Shown here in pieces: positions 20,043 through 29,020 of a DNA stretch of 56,188 nt. The notes under the pieces were generated by a model that had not been told where the DNA came from, did not search any database, and saw nothing but the letters and a program-made list of their open reading frames with translations. The position numbers and the translations under genes are program-made. The DNA comes from Chthoniobacterales bacterium (GTDB taxonomy: Bacteria > Verrucomicrobiota > Verrucomicrobiia > Chthoniobacterales > JACTMZ01), in contig JBBECM010000113.1 of NCBI GenBank assembly GCA_040881855.1, forward strand, positions 1 through 56,188, given 5' to 3'. How positions within the stretch are numbered: the stretch's first letter is position 1; each line of letters opens with the position of its first letter.

Positions 20043-20630
20043 CTAATAGGAGGCGCGGGGCTCCATGACTATGCTTTTGATGGTGATTTTTTCCAAGGGA
20101 AAGTTGTTGGGGTCCGTTGTTTTGCGGCTGATGTCATCCAAGTCCTCCAAGCCCTCGAGGACGCGTCCGAAGACGGTGTATTTGCCGTTCAAGTCGGGCA
20201 TGGATTTGAGGCAGATGTAAAATTGACTGCCGTTGGAAACGCGCGCGGGATTGATCGGCCCGTCGATGCGCGAGGCGGCGATCGCTCCCTTGCTGTGCGG
20301 GAGGCGGATTTCCGCGGGAATGGTATAGCCCGGGCCGCCCGTGCCGGTGCGGTCGGTGGGACCGTGTTTGCTGTAACGGTCGCCGGTCTGGAGGAGCACA
20401 CCGGGAAACGCACGATGGAAACGCATGCCGTTGTAGTAACGGCGCGCCACAAGGTCTTTGAAATTCTGCACGTGGAGCGGGGCGCCGCCGTCGTAGAGTC
20501 CGATGACCACGCGGCGCAGGTCGCGCTCTTTGCCCACTTTGACTGTGGCCACGGCGACCTCGGGTCCGAGTTGCTGGGCCTGGGCCAGCGGGGCCAGCAA
20601 AAGGGCAACGAGGACGAGAACCGCTTTCAT
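20043..20630 (-). CDS. Cyclophilin-type peptidyl-prolyl cis-trans isomerase, secreted
   Basis: Signal MKAVLVLVALLLAPLAQA. Also FHRAFPGVLLQTGD, GGPGYTIPAE, SNGSQFYI, and YTVFGRVLEG. Confidence 0.92.
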   Translation of the reverse strand: MKAVLVLVALLLAPLAQAQQLGPEVAVATVKVGKERDLRRVVIGLYDGGAPLHVQNFKDLVARRYYNGMRFHRAFPGVLLQTGDRYSKHGPTDRTGTGGPGYTIPAEIRLPHSKGAIAASRIDGPINPARVSNGSQFYICLKSMPDLNGKYTVFGRVLEGLEDLDDISRKTTDPNNFPLEKITIKSIVMEPRASY

Positions 20631-20689
20631 GGGGTCAGAGGATTCAAGAACCCGGCGGGGGAGGCAAGAAGGTAAAGAAGGTGACCCCG

Positions 20690-21535
20690 CTAGGATTCGA
20701 CTTTGACCACGGTGGCGAAGTCTTCCTCGGCGAGTCCGCTGGCGCAGGCTTGCTCGTAGAGGCGGAGCATGGCGTCGGTGAGGGCGCGGTGTTGCGGATG
20801 GGCGGCGGCGGTGGCGAGGCGGAGGTCCTTGCGCATGTTGCGGGCGGAGAAACGCGGGGCGTAATCGTCGCCCAGCATACAGGGGAGCTTGAGGTCGACC
20901 ACGCCGGAGCGGGCGGCGTTGTTCTCGAGGGCCGTGACCAGAATCCGCGGGTCGACGTCGTTGGCGCGGAGAAGATGGATGGCCTCGGCCAGGGAGACCG
21001 CCGCGGCGGCGGCCATGATGTTGGTGGCGAGTTTGACCGCACTACCTTGTCCTATGTTCCCCATGGGGAGGATGGCTTTGGCGCTGGCCGCGAGCACGGG
21101 GCGCGCCCGTTCGAGGGCGGTGGAATCACCGCCGATATAGTAGGTGATCTGTCCCTGCGCGGCCGCATCGCGGCTGCCGGTGAAAGGGGCATCGAGAAAA
21201 GCCGCGCCGGTGGGGGCGACTTCCGCGGCAAGACGGCACACGGTTTCCGGTGCAACGGTGGCGTGGCTGGCAATGACGTGATGCGGGCCAAGGGCGGGCA
21301 GAAGGGCGCGCACGGTGTCGCGCAGGGCTTCGTCATCGGCGACAAAGATTTGCAGGATGTCCGCCGCGCGCGCGACCGAGGCGGGATCCGCGGCGGGGGC
21401 GGGCAGGCCGTCGAACGTCCGCGCGCTGCGATTCCAGACAGACAACGGCAAGCCGGCGGACTGCACGCGCGCGGCGACGCGCGACCCGATGAGTCCGAGG
21501 CCGAGCACGCCGGCCCGCGGGGCTGCGGCGGTCAT
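20690..21535 (-). CDS. NAD(P)-dependent beta-hydroxyacid dehydrogenase family oxidoreductase (3-hydroxyisobutyrate dehydrogenase-like)
   Basis: GVLGLGLIGSRVA Rossmann motif, DAPFTGS, GQGSAVKLATN, and MRKDLRLA. The 707-aa track ORF is an upstream run-on, trimmed to MTAAAPRAG. Confidence 0.85.
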   Translation of the reverse strand: MTAAAPRAGVLGLGLIGSRVAARVQSAGLPLSVWNRSARTFDGLPAPAADPASVARAADILQIFVADDEALRDTVRALLPALGPHHVIASHATVAPETVCRLAAEVAPTGAAFLDAPFTGSRDAAAQGQITYYIGGDSTALERARPVLAASAKAILPMGNIGQGSAVKLATNIMAAAAAVSLAEAIHLLRANDVDPRILVTALENNAARSGVVDLKLPCMLGDDYAPRFSARNMRKDLRLATAAAHPQHRALTDAMLRLYEQACASGLAEEDFATVVKVES

Positions 21536-21543
21536 GCGGGGTT

Positions 21544-22590
21544 TCAGCTGCCGGCGGGAGCGGCCGGGGCCTGCGCGGCCGGGGCGGCGGGCAATTTGTT
21601 GTCCACCTTGGCCTCGGAGCGCACGCTTTCGATGACGCCGCGGACCACATCGCGGCGCTTGCTGCCCCCGAGGTACGAGCCGACTTGCTCCTTCACTTCT
21701 TCGTAGGGCATGGAACCGGCGTCTTTGCGGTCGGTCACCATGATGACGTGCCAGCCGAATTTGGTGCGCACGGGTTCTTTGCTGATGTCGCCCTTTTTCA
21801 TGGCGAAGGCGGCTTCGGCAAATTCGGGGACCATGCGGTCTTTGGGGAAGAAGTTGAGGTCGCCCCCGGATTCCTTGGCCCCGGGTTCCTCGGAGACTTC
21901 TTTGGCCACAACGGTGAAGTCCTCTTTCTTGTCGTTGACGCGCACGAGGGCGGCTTCGGCGGACTTCTTCTTCTCGGCAACAACCTCGTCGGAAGCATCC
22001 TCGGGCAGGCGGATGAGAATGTGACTGGCGCGCACGAGCTCGGGGTGCTCGAACTCCTTCTTGTTCTCTCCGTAGAATTTTTTGATGTCCTCGTCGCCCA
22101 CCTTGGCTTGGTCGCCGATCTGCTGCTCCATCCACTTCTGCTGCTGCATCATTTTCTTGACCGTGTCGCGGAACGAGGTGTCGGTTTCCCCGGACTTGGC
22201 CATCTCGGCCTTGAACGTGTTCTCGTCCGGGAACTGGCTTTTGACCCGCGCGATCTCGGCATCGACTTCGGCATCGGGGATCTCGACCGAAGAGGCTTTG
22301 CGCGAGACGAGCTTGTCGACGATGAGTTCGTCGAGGATCTCGCGGTAGCCGGCCATTTTCTGGTCGGCGGTGAGGTCCTCGGGGCTGATGCCGGAGGCGG
22401 CCAGGGCGTTGTTGAAGGTTTCCTGCAGGTCGGCGCGGGAGATTTTCTCGCCCTCGACGATGGCGACGGGATCGGGAAGGTCGGCGTCGTCGGCTTTGGC
22501 GGCGGGTTTCTCGTCTTGGGCCACGGCGGTGACAGCGAAAGCAGTGGCGAAAGCCAGGAGGCCGGCGAACCGGCGGGGATCGGGTTTCAT
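21544..22590 (-). CDS. Parvulin (PpiC)-type peptidyl-prolyl isomerase, SurA/PrsA-like periplasmic chaperone
   Basis: Signal MKPDPRRFAGLLAFATAFAVTAVAQ. Parvulin core is VRASHILI...GGDLNFF....MVPEFAEAAFAMKKGDIS.PVRTKFGWHVI. Confidence 0.85.
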   Translation of the reverse strand: MKPDPRRFAGLLAFATAFAVTAVAQDEKPAAKADDADLPDPVAIVEGEKISRADLQETFNNALAASGISPEDLTADQKMAGYREILDELIVDKLVSRKASSVEIPDAEVDAEIARVKSQFPDENTFKAEMAKSGETDTSFRDTVKKMMQQQKWMEQQIGDQAKVGDEDIKKFYGENKKEFEHPELVRASHILIRLPEDASDEVVAEKKKSAEAALVRVNDKKEDFTVVAKEVSEEPGAKESGGDLNFFPKDRMVPEFAEAAFAMKKGDISKEPVRTKFGWHVIMVTDRKDAGSMPYEEVKEQVGSYLGGSKRRDVVRGVIESVRSEAKVDNKLPAAPAAQAPAAPAGS

Positions 22591-22637
22591 AAGAGCGGGG
22601 ACAATGGCACGGGAGGCGGGAGTCGGCCAGTGGTTTT

Positions 22638-23093
22638 TCAAGATTGGCCCTTGGCAAACCAGGCACGGGTGGCTGCGTGGCGGGCGGCAAACTGACGCGG
22701 AAAGACAAGCCACTGGCAGACAAGATCGCCGGGCGGGCCGCCGAGGTGCCATGGCAGGCGGAACTCGACACGGTCGGTGAGCAGGGCACCGTCGGGGTGC
22801 GGCTTGAAGACATGATGATGGCGCCAGATTGCGAACGGACACCGGGTGCCGGTATCGACGAGCAGGCGCGGGGCCTCGACCGTTTCCCAGCAGCCGGTCC
22901 AACGCAGGGTCAGGGGGCCCTGGCGCACGGCGACGGTGAACTCCCCGCCGGGCTGCGCGGTTTCCGCGGCGCGGATTTCCAGGATGCGCAGGCCCGGCGG
23001 CGCGATGTGCCGCAGGTTGTGCGGATTCTCGTGGAAGCGGAAGAGATCCTCCGGGCGGGCGGGGACGACGGTCGAGCGGGTGAAGACGGGCAT
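22638..23093 (-). CDS. SRPBCC (START/polyketide-cyclase-like) superfamily protein
   Basis: About 150 aa. The pattern V.A.PE.+F.FH..P.NL..I.P resembles cyclase/dehydrase-like proteins. Confidence 0.65.
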   Translation of the reverse strand: MPVFTRSTVVPARPEDLFRFHENPHNLRHIAPPGLRILEIRAAETAQPGGEFTVAVRQGPLTLRWTGCWETVEAPRLLVDTGTRCPFAIWRHHHVFKPHPDGALLTDRVEFRLPWHLGGPPGDLVCQWLVFPRQFAARHAATRAWFAKGQS

Positions 23094-23195
23094 GGGGGCG
23101 GGATGACGGAGTGCTTGCCGGCGGGGCGTCTTTTTCGTTATTGCAATGGATCCGGTTCGCCAATAAGCGTGTCCCGTTCAATCCAAACAAATCTT

Positions 23196-23441
23196 ATGTC
23201 CGACAAACCCATCGAAGAAAGAGTCAAAGAAATCATCGTCAAAGAACTCAGCGTCAATCCCGAGCAGGTGACGCCCACGGCCTCGTTCATCGAGGACCTC
23301 GGGGCCGACTCGCTCGACACCGTCGAGCTCGTCATGGCGTTCGAGGAAGAATTCGGCGTCGAAGTGCCCGATGAGGAGGCCGAAAAGCTCCAAACCGTCG
23401 GCGACGTCGTCAAATACATCGAGGCGAATTCCGGCAAATAG
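23196..23441 (+). CDS. acpP: Acyl carrier protein
   Basis: [22 protein letters not shown] carries the phosphopantetheine Ser motif DSLD. Length is 81 aa. Confidence 0.97.
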   Translation: MSDKPIEERVKEIIVKELSVNPEQVTPTASFIEDLGADSLDTVELVMAFEEEFGVEVPDEEAEKLQTVGDVVKYIEANSGK

Positions 23442-23465
23442 CCGCGGAGCGCAGTTCCCACGACA

Positions 23466-23498
23466 ACCCCGGGGCGCAAACCCCGGGGTCGTTTTTTT
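23466..23498 (+). terminator. Rho-independent terminator after acpP
   Basis: ACCCCGGGG-cgcaa-ACCCCGGGGT hairpin followed by T7 (23492-23498). Confidence 0.8.
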
Positions 23499-23542
23499 GG
23501 GGAGGTTGCGTCGGTCACAGGGCGCCGCTAAAAAGGGACGTT

Positions 23543-24670
23543 ATGCTTTCGCCCGACGAATTGACGCGTTATGCCCGCCAGCTGACCGTGCCGGGATTCG
23601 GCGCGGCCGGACAGGAAAGGCTGCGGGCCTCGCGCGTCCTGCTCATCGGGGCGGGTGGACTCGGATCGCCGGCGGCGTTGTATCTGGCCGCGGCGGGCGT
23701 GGGGACGCTCGGGATCGTGGATGCGGACGAGGTCGAGCTTTCCAACCTGCACCGTCAGCTTCTTCACGGCACGGACGATGTGGGCCGACCCAAGGTGGAA
23801 TCCGCGCGGCGCCGTTTGGGTGCGGTCAATCCGCATGTCCGCATCGAGCCGGTGGCCGGACGTTTCACCGCGGCCAACGCGCTGGAGTTGGCGCGGGGCT
23901 GGGACGCGGTGGTCGACGGGAGTGATAATTTCGCTACTCGCTATGCCTCGAACGACGCCTGCGTGGCCTTGGGCATCCCGAATGTTTACGGTTCGGTCTG
24001 GCGCTTCGAGGGACAGGTGTCGGTCTTCGCCCCGCATCTTGGCGGTCCATGCTACCGCTGTCTCAACCCGCACGCCCCGGAACCGGGCACGGTGCCTTCG
24101 TGCGCGGAGGCGGGGGTTCTCGGCGTCATGCCGGGCTTGGTCGGGACGCTGCAGGCCTTGGAAGCGATCAAGTTGATCACCGGAGTGGGGCAATCGTTGG
24201 TCGGACGCTTGCTTCACATCGACGGGGCGGCGATGAAATTCCGCGAGTTCACCCTGCGCCGTGATCCGGACTGCGCGCGGTGTGCCGACGGACGCCGTGA
24301 TTTGCCGGTTGAGGCGGAGGGGGAATTTTGCGAAAGATGCGAGGCAATGGCGGACGAAGAAATATCGGTGCTCGCCTTGGCGGAAGCGCGTCAGGCGGGC
24401 GGAGAGCATGTGCTCCTGGATGTGCGCGAGCCGTGGGAGCTGGCCGTGGCGCGGGTGGATCCTTGTTTGTCCATTCCGATGGGGGAGGTGGCGGCGCGCA
24501 CCGAAGAAATTCCCCGCGATGTGCCGGTCTATGTGCTGTGCCACGGCGGTGTGCGCAGCGGGCGCGTGGTGGAATTTTTGCGCGGACAGGGATTCGGCAA
24601 TCTGGCCAATGTGCGCGGCGGCATCGCGGCGTGGTCGGCGGAGGTGGATGGTTCGGTCCCGGTGTATTGA
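23543..24670 (+). CDS. moeB: MoeB/ThiF-family sulfur-carrier adenylyltransferase with C-terminal rhodanese domain (MoeZ-like)
   Basis: YARQL...LLIGAGGLGSPAALYLAAAGVG, VELSNLHRQ, CYRCL...CAEAGVLG zinc and active-site motifs, and a C-terminal rhodanese with the CHGGVRS loop. Confidence 0.9.
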   Translation: MLSPDELTRYARQLTVPGFGAAGQERLRASRVLLIGAGGLGSPAALYLAAAGVGTLGIVDADEVELSNLHRQLLHGTDDVGRPKVESARRRLGAVNPHVRIEPVAGRFTAANALELARGWDAVVDGSDNFATRYASNDACVALGIPNVYGSVWRFEGQVSVFAPHLGGPCYRCLNPHAPEPGTVPSCAEAGVLGVMPGLVGTLQALEAIKLITGVGQSLVGRLLHIDGAAMKFREFTLRRDPDCARCADGRRDLPVEAEGEFCERCEAMADEEISVLALAEARQAGGEHVLLDVREPWELAVARVDPCLSIPMGEVAARTEEIPRDVPVYVLCHGGVRSGRVVEFLRGQGFGNLANVRGGIAAWSAEVDGSVPVY

Positions 24671-24745
24671 GCCATTCTCGGTGATTTTGTCGCGGGCAAC
24701 GACGGACCGCTGGCACTGTGGACCGGGATTTGTTTAAATGGCCCG

Positions 24746-25231
24746 ATGCATTCTATTTTGCGCGGGGAAGAGGGCCTGAAGGCGGCCTTGGGCCGGATTG
24801 CCAGCGGGCTTTACGCCGTCGGGGCGATGGATGAAGGCCGTCGGGTCGGGATGCTGTGCAGCTTTGTCGAGCAGGCCGGTTTCGAACCGCCGATGATTTC
24901 CATCGCTTTGGGTCATGACCGTCCGCTGCGGCGGGTCTTGGACGGCGGAGGCCTTTTTTCGCTCAATATTCTCGGCGCGGAGGACAAGAAACTGCTCGCC
25001 GCCTTTGCCTCGGGCCGGGAGGAGGATCCCTTTGCCGCTTTCACCCTGGTCGACAACGGCCACGGCCTGCCGCAGTTGGCCGAGGCGCTTGCCTGGTTGG
25101 CTTGCCGTCCGTGTGGATCGGTCGCGGCCGGAGACCATGTGGTCTACGTGGCCGAGGTGATCGATGGCTGCTTGCACCGCGAGGTCGGCGAGCCGATGAT
25201 CCGCGTTCGCAAAAATGGGTTCAGCTACTGA
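24746..25231 (+). CDS. Flavin reductase-like (FMN-binding split-barrel) protein
   Basis: SGLYAVGAMDEGRRVGMLCSFVEQAGFEPPMISIAL and GDHVVYVAEV are typical of the Flavin_Reduct family. Confidence 0.8.
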   Translation: MHSILRGEEGLKAALGRIASGLYAVGAMDEGRRVGMLCSFVEQAGFEPPMISIALGHDRPLRRVLDGGGLFSLNILGAEDKKLLAAFASGREEDPFAAFTLVDNGHGLPQLAEALAWLACRPCGSVAAGDHVVYVAEVIDGCLHREVGEPMIRVRKNGFSY

Positions 25232-25232
25232 C

Positions 25233-25391
25233 ATGGATTTTCTTTTGGAGGTCGCGCGGTGTCCGCGCACCGGGCAGAAACTGCACGAGGAAGCGGGGCG
25301 ACTGGTGACCGAGGACGGGGCGCTGGCTTACCGGGTGGACGACCGGATCCCTGTGTTGCTGGCCGAGGAAGCGGTGGAGGTGGCACGATGA
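25233..25391 (+). CDS. Trm112/YcaR (UPF0434)-like small protein (52 aa); not in the supplied track
   Basis: MDFLLEVARCPRTGQKLHEEAGRLVTEDGALAYRVDDRIPVLLAEEAVEVAR matches the family pattern (LL..L.CP..+..L......L......LAY.+.DGIPVLL..EA). Its stop overlaps the thrS ATG (ATGA at 25388-25391). Confidence 0.65.
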   Translation: MDFLLEVARCPRTGQKLHEEAGRLVTEDGALAYRVDDRIPVLLAEEAVEVAR

Positions 25392-27223
25392 ACGAATTGG
25401 AAACCCTGCGTCACTCGTGCGCCCACGTGCTGGCCGAGGCCATCCTGCGCATCTGGCCCGAGGCGCAATTCGCGGCGGGTCCGCCGGTCGAACAGGGATT
25501 TTATTACGACGTCGATTTGGGTCACCGCATTTCGACCGAGGATTTCGCCCGGATCGAAGCCGAGATGGGCAAAATCATCGCGGAGAACCAGCCATTCGAG
25601 CGTCGTGTGGTCAGCCGGTCCGAAGCCATGGAATTGGGCCGTGCCGGAAAACTGGCTGCTCTCGGCGAGCGCGGGGTGCCCAGTCGCTACAAGTTGGACA
25701 TTTTGGAGAACATTCCGGAGGGCGAGGAAATCAGTCTTTTCCGCAACGGCGCTTTCACCGACCTCTGCGCCGGGCCGCACGTCGACTCGACCGGACGGAT
25801 CGGCGCCTTTGCGCTCACCGCGGTGGCCAGCGCCTACTACAAGGGCGACGAGAGCAATCCGCAGTTGCAGCGCATTTACGGCATCGCCTTCGCCACGCCG
25901 GGGGAATTGGCCAAGTGGCGCGAGATGATCGAAGAAGCGCGCAAGCGCGATCACCGGAAGCTCGGCAAGGAATTGCAATTGTTCCACATCGACGATGCGG
26001 TTGGTTCGGGCCTTATTCTCTGGACACCGAAGGGTGCCGTGGTCCGGCAGGAATTGCAGAATTTCATCAGCGAGGAATTGCGGCGTCAGGGCTACGAGCA
26101 GGTCTTCACCCCGCACATCGCGCGGCTCGAACTCTTCCGCACATCGGGTCACTACCCGTATTACGCCGACTCGCAGTATCCGCCGCTGGTCGAGCGCGAG
26201 ACGCTGCACCAGTTGGCCGAAGAAGGCTGCAGCTGCGCCGATCTGGCCGCGCGACTGGAGAAAGGCGAGGCCGAGGGCTACCTGCTCAAGCCGATGAACT
26301 GCCCGATGCACATCAAGATCTTCGCCTCGCAGCCGCACAGCTACCGCGATTTGCCCGTGCGGTTGGCCGAGTTCGGGACGGTTTACCGCTGGGAGCAATC
26401 GGGCGAATTGAACGGCATGACGCGGGTGCGCGGCTTCACCCAGGATGATGCGCACTTGTTTGTCACCGAGGACCAGATGGGGGCCGAAATCCAGGGATGT
26501 CTCGATCTGGTGAAAAAAGTTTTCGGAGTGTTCGACATGAAGGATTACCGCGTGCGACTCGGATTGCGCGAGCCGGGGTCGGACAAATACGTGGGCAAAA
26601 CCGCGGACTGGGACCGCGCCGAGGAGGCTTGCCGCCAAGCGGCCAAGACGCTCGGCGTGCCTTACACCGAGGAACCGGGCGAGGCGGCTTTTTACGGTCC
26701 GAAGATCGACTTCGTGGTGCGCGATGTCATCGGGCGCGAGTGGCAACTCGGCACGGTGCAGGTCGACTTCCAGTTGCCCGAGCGTTTCGATTTAAATTAC
26801 ACGGGGGCGGACAACAAACCGCACCGTCCGGTCATGATCCATCGTGCGCCGTTCGGCTCGATGGAGCGGTTTGTCGGCGTGCTGATCGAGCATTTCGCCG
26901 GGGCGTTCCCCGTCTGGCTCGCGCCGGAGCAGGCGCGTGTTTTGCCGGTCTCGGACAAAGTCGCATCCTACGCGGACGAAGTGGTGGCGTCGCTGCGGGC
27001 GGCGGGTGTGCGGGCTGTGGTGGATGGCTCGCAGGACAAACTCGGAGCCAAGATTCGTCTTGCGCAGGTCGAGAAAGTGCCTTACATGCTGGTGGTAGGC
27101 GGCAAGGAAGCCGAGTCGCGGCAGGTTTCGGTGAGGAGCCGGAAAGCCGGTGACGAAGGTGCCCTCGCCCTCGACAACCTTGTTGAGCGCATCAAAACAG
27201 AAATCAGTGAACGAGTCCTGTAG
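25388..27223 (+). CDS. thrS: Threonine--tRNA ligase (no N-terminal TGS domain)
   Basis: Starts at MNELETLRHSCAHVLAEA (editing-domain HxxxH region). It has class II motifs (FRxE-like GMTRVRGFTQDDAHLF, HRAPFGSMERF) and an anticodon-binding domain. The in-frame upstream extension in the track is GC-rich filler that overlaps the Trm112-like ORF. Confidence 0.96.
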   Translation: MNELETLRHSCAHVLAEAILRIWPEAQFAAGPPVEQGFYYDVDLGHRISTEDFARIEAEMGKIIAENQPFERRVVSRSEAMELGRAGKLAALGERGVPSRYKLDILENIPEGEEISLFRNGAFTDLCAGPHVDSTGRIGAFALTAVASAYYKGDESNPQLQRIYGIAFATPGELAKWREMIEEARKRDHRKLGKELQLFHIDDAVGSGLILWTPKGAVVRQELQNFISEELRRQGYEQVFTPHIARLELFRTSGHYPYYADSQYPPLVERETLHQLAEEGCSCADLAARLEKGEAEGYLLKPMNCPMHIKIFASQPHSYRDLPVRLAEFGTVYRWEQSGELNGMTRVRGFTQDDAHLFVTEDQMGAEIQGCLDLVKKVFGVFDMKDYRVRLGLREPGSDKYVGKTADWDRAEEACRQAAKTLGVPYTEEPGEAAFYGPKIDFVVRDVIGREWQLGTVQVDFQLPERFDLNYTGADNKPHRPVMIHRAPFGSMERFVGVLIEHFAGAFPVWLAPEQARVLPVSDKVASYADEVVASLRAAGVRAVVDGSQDKLGAKIRLAQVEKVPYMLVVGGKEAESRQVSVRSRKAGDEGALALDNLVERIKTEISERVL

Positions 27224-27263
27224 TCACTCCTGACGTCCCGCACGCTCACGGGATCATCATTCA

Positions 27264-27890
27264 ATGCCTCGGCCTGTCTTTTCACGCACTCCGCAGCCCC
27301 CCCTCATCCGGGTCAATCACCGCATTCGCGCCCGCGAAGTCCGGGTGATCAACGGCTCCACCGGCGAGCAGTTGGGTGTCCTCAAATTGCCCGACGCCCT
27401 GCGCAAAGCGGAGGAACTCGGCCTCGATCTCGTCGAGGTAGCGGCCAGTGCCAACCCGCCGGTCTGCCGGATTGTCGATTTCGGCAAATACCGCTACGAA
27501 CTGGCCAAGCAGGAGAAGGACAAGAAGTCCCACGCGGGCAAAGTCAAAGAGGTCAAGTTCCGGGTCAACATCGACAATCACGATTACCTGACCAAGATCC
27601 GCCACGCCGAGGAGTTCCTCGACAAGGGCAACAAGCTCAAGGTTCAGCTGCAGTTCCGCGGACGCCAGATGGCCCACCAAGAGTTGGGCATGGCCGTGGT
27701 GCTGCGGGTCAAGGAAGACCTCGCCACCATGGGCAATGTCGACATGGAGCCCAAGCTGGTCGGCCGGGCCATCAACATGGTGATGAGTCCTTTGCCCGCC
27801 AACAAACGCAAGCGCCGGTTCAAGCCGATGGAGTTTGAACCGGAGGACGACAGCGGGGAGTCGGACGACGACGGCGAAGACCAGGAGTAG
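27264..27890 (+). CDS. infC: Translation initiation factor IF-3 with basic/acidic C-terminal tail
   Basis: RIRAREVRVI...GEQLGVL...AL..AEELGLDLVEV...PPVCRIVDFGKYRYE, and the C-domain KEVKFRVNIDNHDYLTK. Confidence 0.95.
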   Translation: MPRPVFSRTPQPPLIRVNHRIRAREVRVINGSTGEQLGVLKLPDALRKAEELGLDLVEVAASANPPVCRIVDFGKYRYELAKQEKDKKSHAGKVKEVKFRVNIDNHDYLTKIRHAEEFLDKGNKLKVQLQFRGRQMAHQELGMAVVLRVKEDLATMGNVDMEPKLVGRAINMVMSPLPANKRKRRFKPMEFEPEDDSGESDDDGEDQE

Positions 27891-27915
27891 GATCTGGAAC
27901 GGCCGCGCGGCGCGC

Positions 27916-29016
27916 TCAGCCCGGCAGGCACCCGCTCATCCAACCGAGCAATTCGCCGATCGTGGCTTCACTTTCATCGCCCATGTTGGAGACGCGGAAA
28001 GTGGTGCCTTTGATTTTCCCGTAGCCGCCGTTGATTGCGACTTTGTGTTTCTTTTTCAGCGCGGAGCAGAAGGCGGCGACGTCGATGTTGCGGTTGTTCT
28101 GCACGCAGACCAGCGACTTGGAACGGTAACCTTCCGGCGCGAAATGCTCGAAACCGTTGCCCGCGACCCAGTCGGAGATCATGCGGTTCAACTTGGCATG
28201 ACGCGCATGGCGGTTTTCCACGCCTTCCTCGAAAATGTCGTCGAGCTTCGACTGCAGCGCGTAGATATGCCCGGTGGTCGGCGTGCTGGGGGTCATGAAC
28301 TTCTCCCAGTTTTTGTGGAATTCGATGAAGTCGAAGTAATATCCGCGGTCCGGGGTGGTGGCCGCACGGGCGCGGGCCCGTTCGCTCGCGCTGAAGAGGG
28401 CGAGGCCCGGAGGCATGGCCAGTGCTTTCTGGCTGCCGGTGAGAAGGACGTCGATGCCGAGTTCGTCCATCGGCACGGGCACGACGGAGAATGACGAGAC
28501 GCTGTCGACGATGAACATCACATCGGGGTATTTGCGCATGACCGAAGCGATGTCGGCCAGGGGGTTCATCACGCCGGCCGAGGTTTCGTTGTGGATCAGG
28601 GTGATGGCATCGAAGCCGCCCTTGGACAATTTTTCGTCGACCAATTCCGGCAGGATGGGGGAGCCCCATGCGACTTGGAGCGCTTCGGCTTCCTTGCCGC
28701 AGCGTTTGCTCACGTCGAACCACTTGTCGGAAAACGCACCGCACATGCAATTGAGGACTTTCTTCTGCACGAGGTTGCGCAGCGCGCCTTCCATCACGCC
28801 CCAGGCGGAGGCGGTCGCGAGGTAAACCGGTCCCGCGGTGCCGAAGAGCGTTTGCAGGCGCGGGTGGATCGATTCGTAGAGCGAGGAAAATTCGCTCCCG
28901 CGGTGTCCGATTTGCGGGTGGCAGAAGGCGCGGAAAGTTTTGTCCGAAACTTCGACGGGGCCGGGGATGAAAAGTTTCACGTGTCCGTCGGCCGTGGTGT
29001 TGGTGGTGTTGAGCAT
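27916..29016 (-). CDS. Class V aminotransferase (serine-pyruvate/alanine-glyoxylate aminotransferase family)
   Basis: LFIPGPVEV, ITLIHNETSAGV, and LLTGSQKALAMPPGLA (PLP Lys). Trimmed to MLNTTN. Confidence 0.85.
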   Translation of the reverse strand: MLNTTNTTADGHVKLFIPGPVEVSDKTFRAFCHPQIGHRGSEFSSLYESIHPRLQTLFGTAGPVYLATASAWGVMEGALRNLVQKKVLNCMCGAFSDKWFDVSKRCGKEAEALQVAWGSPILPELVDEKLSKGGFDAITLIHNETSAGVMNPLADIASVMRKYPDVMFIVDSVSSFSVVPVPMDELGIDVLLTGSQKALAMPPGLALFSASERARARAATTPDRGYYFDFIEFHKNWEKFMTPSTPTTGHIYALQSKLDDIFEEGVENRHARHAKLNRMISDWVAGNGFEHFAPEGYRSKSLVCVQNNRNIDVAAFCSALKKKHKVAINGGYGKIKGTTFRVSNMGDESEATIGELLGWMSGCLPG

Positions 29017-29020
29017 GTGG

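Noticed and set aside
20690-22813. Very long fused ORFs: 707 aa here, 1354 aa at 29021-33085, 1114 aa at 37785-41129, 842 aa at 37833-40361, and 391 aa at 34584-35759.
   Set aside because: Their N-terminal parts are run-ons through neighbouring genes in the wrong frame. In four of them the conserved part begins at an internal ATG with a proper N-terminus or signal peptide, and I trimmed them to that. The 34584-35759 ORF has no in-frame ATG near its signal peptide, so I used CTG at 35252 (alternative GTG at 35327).
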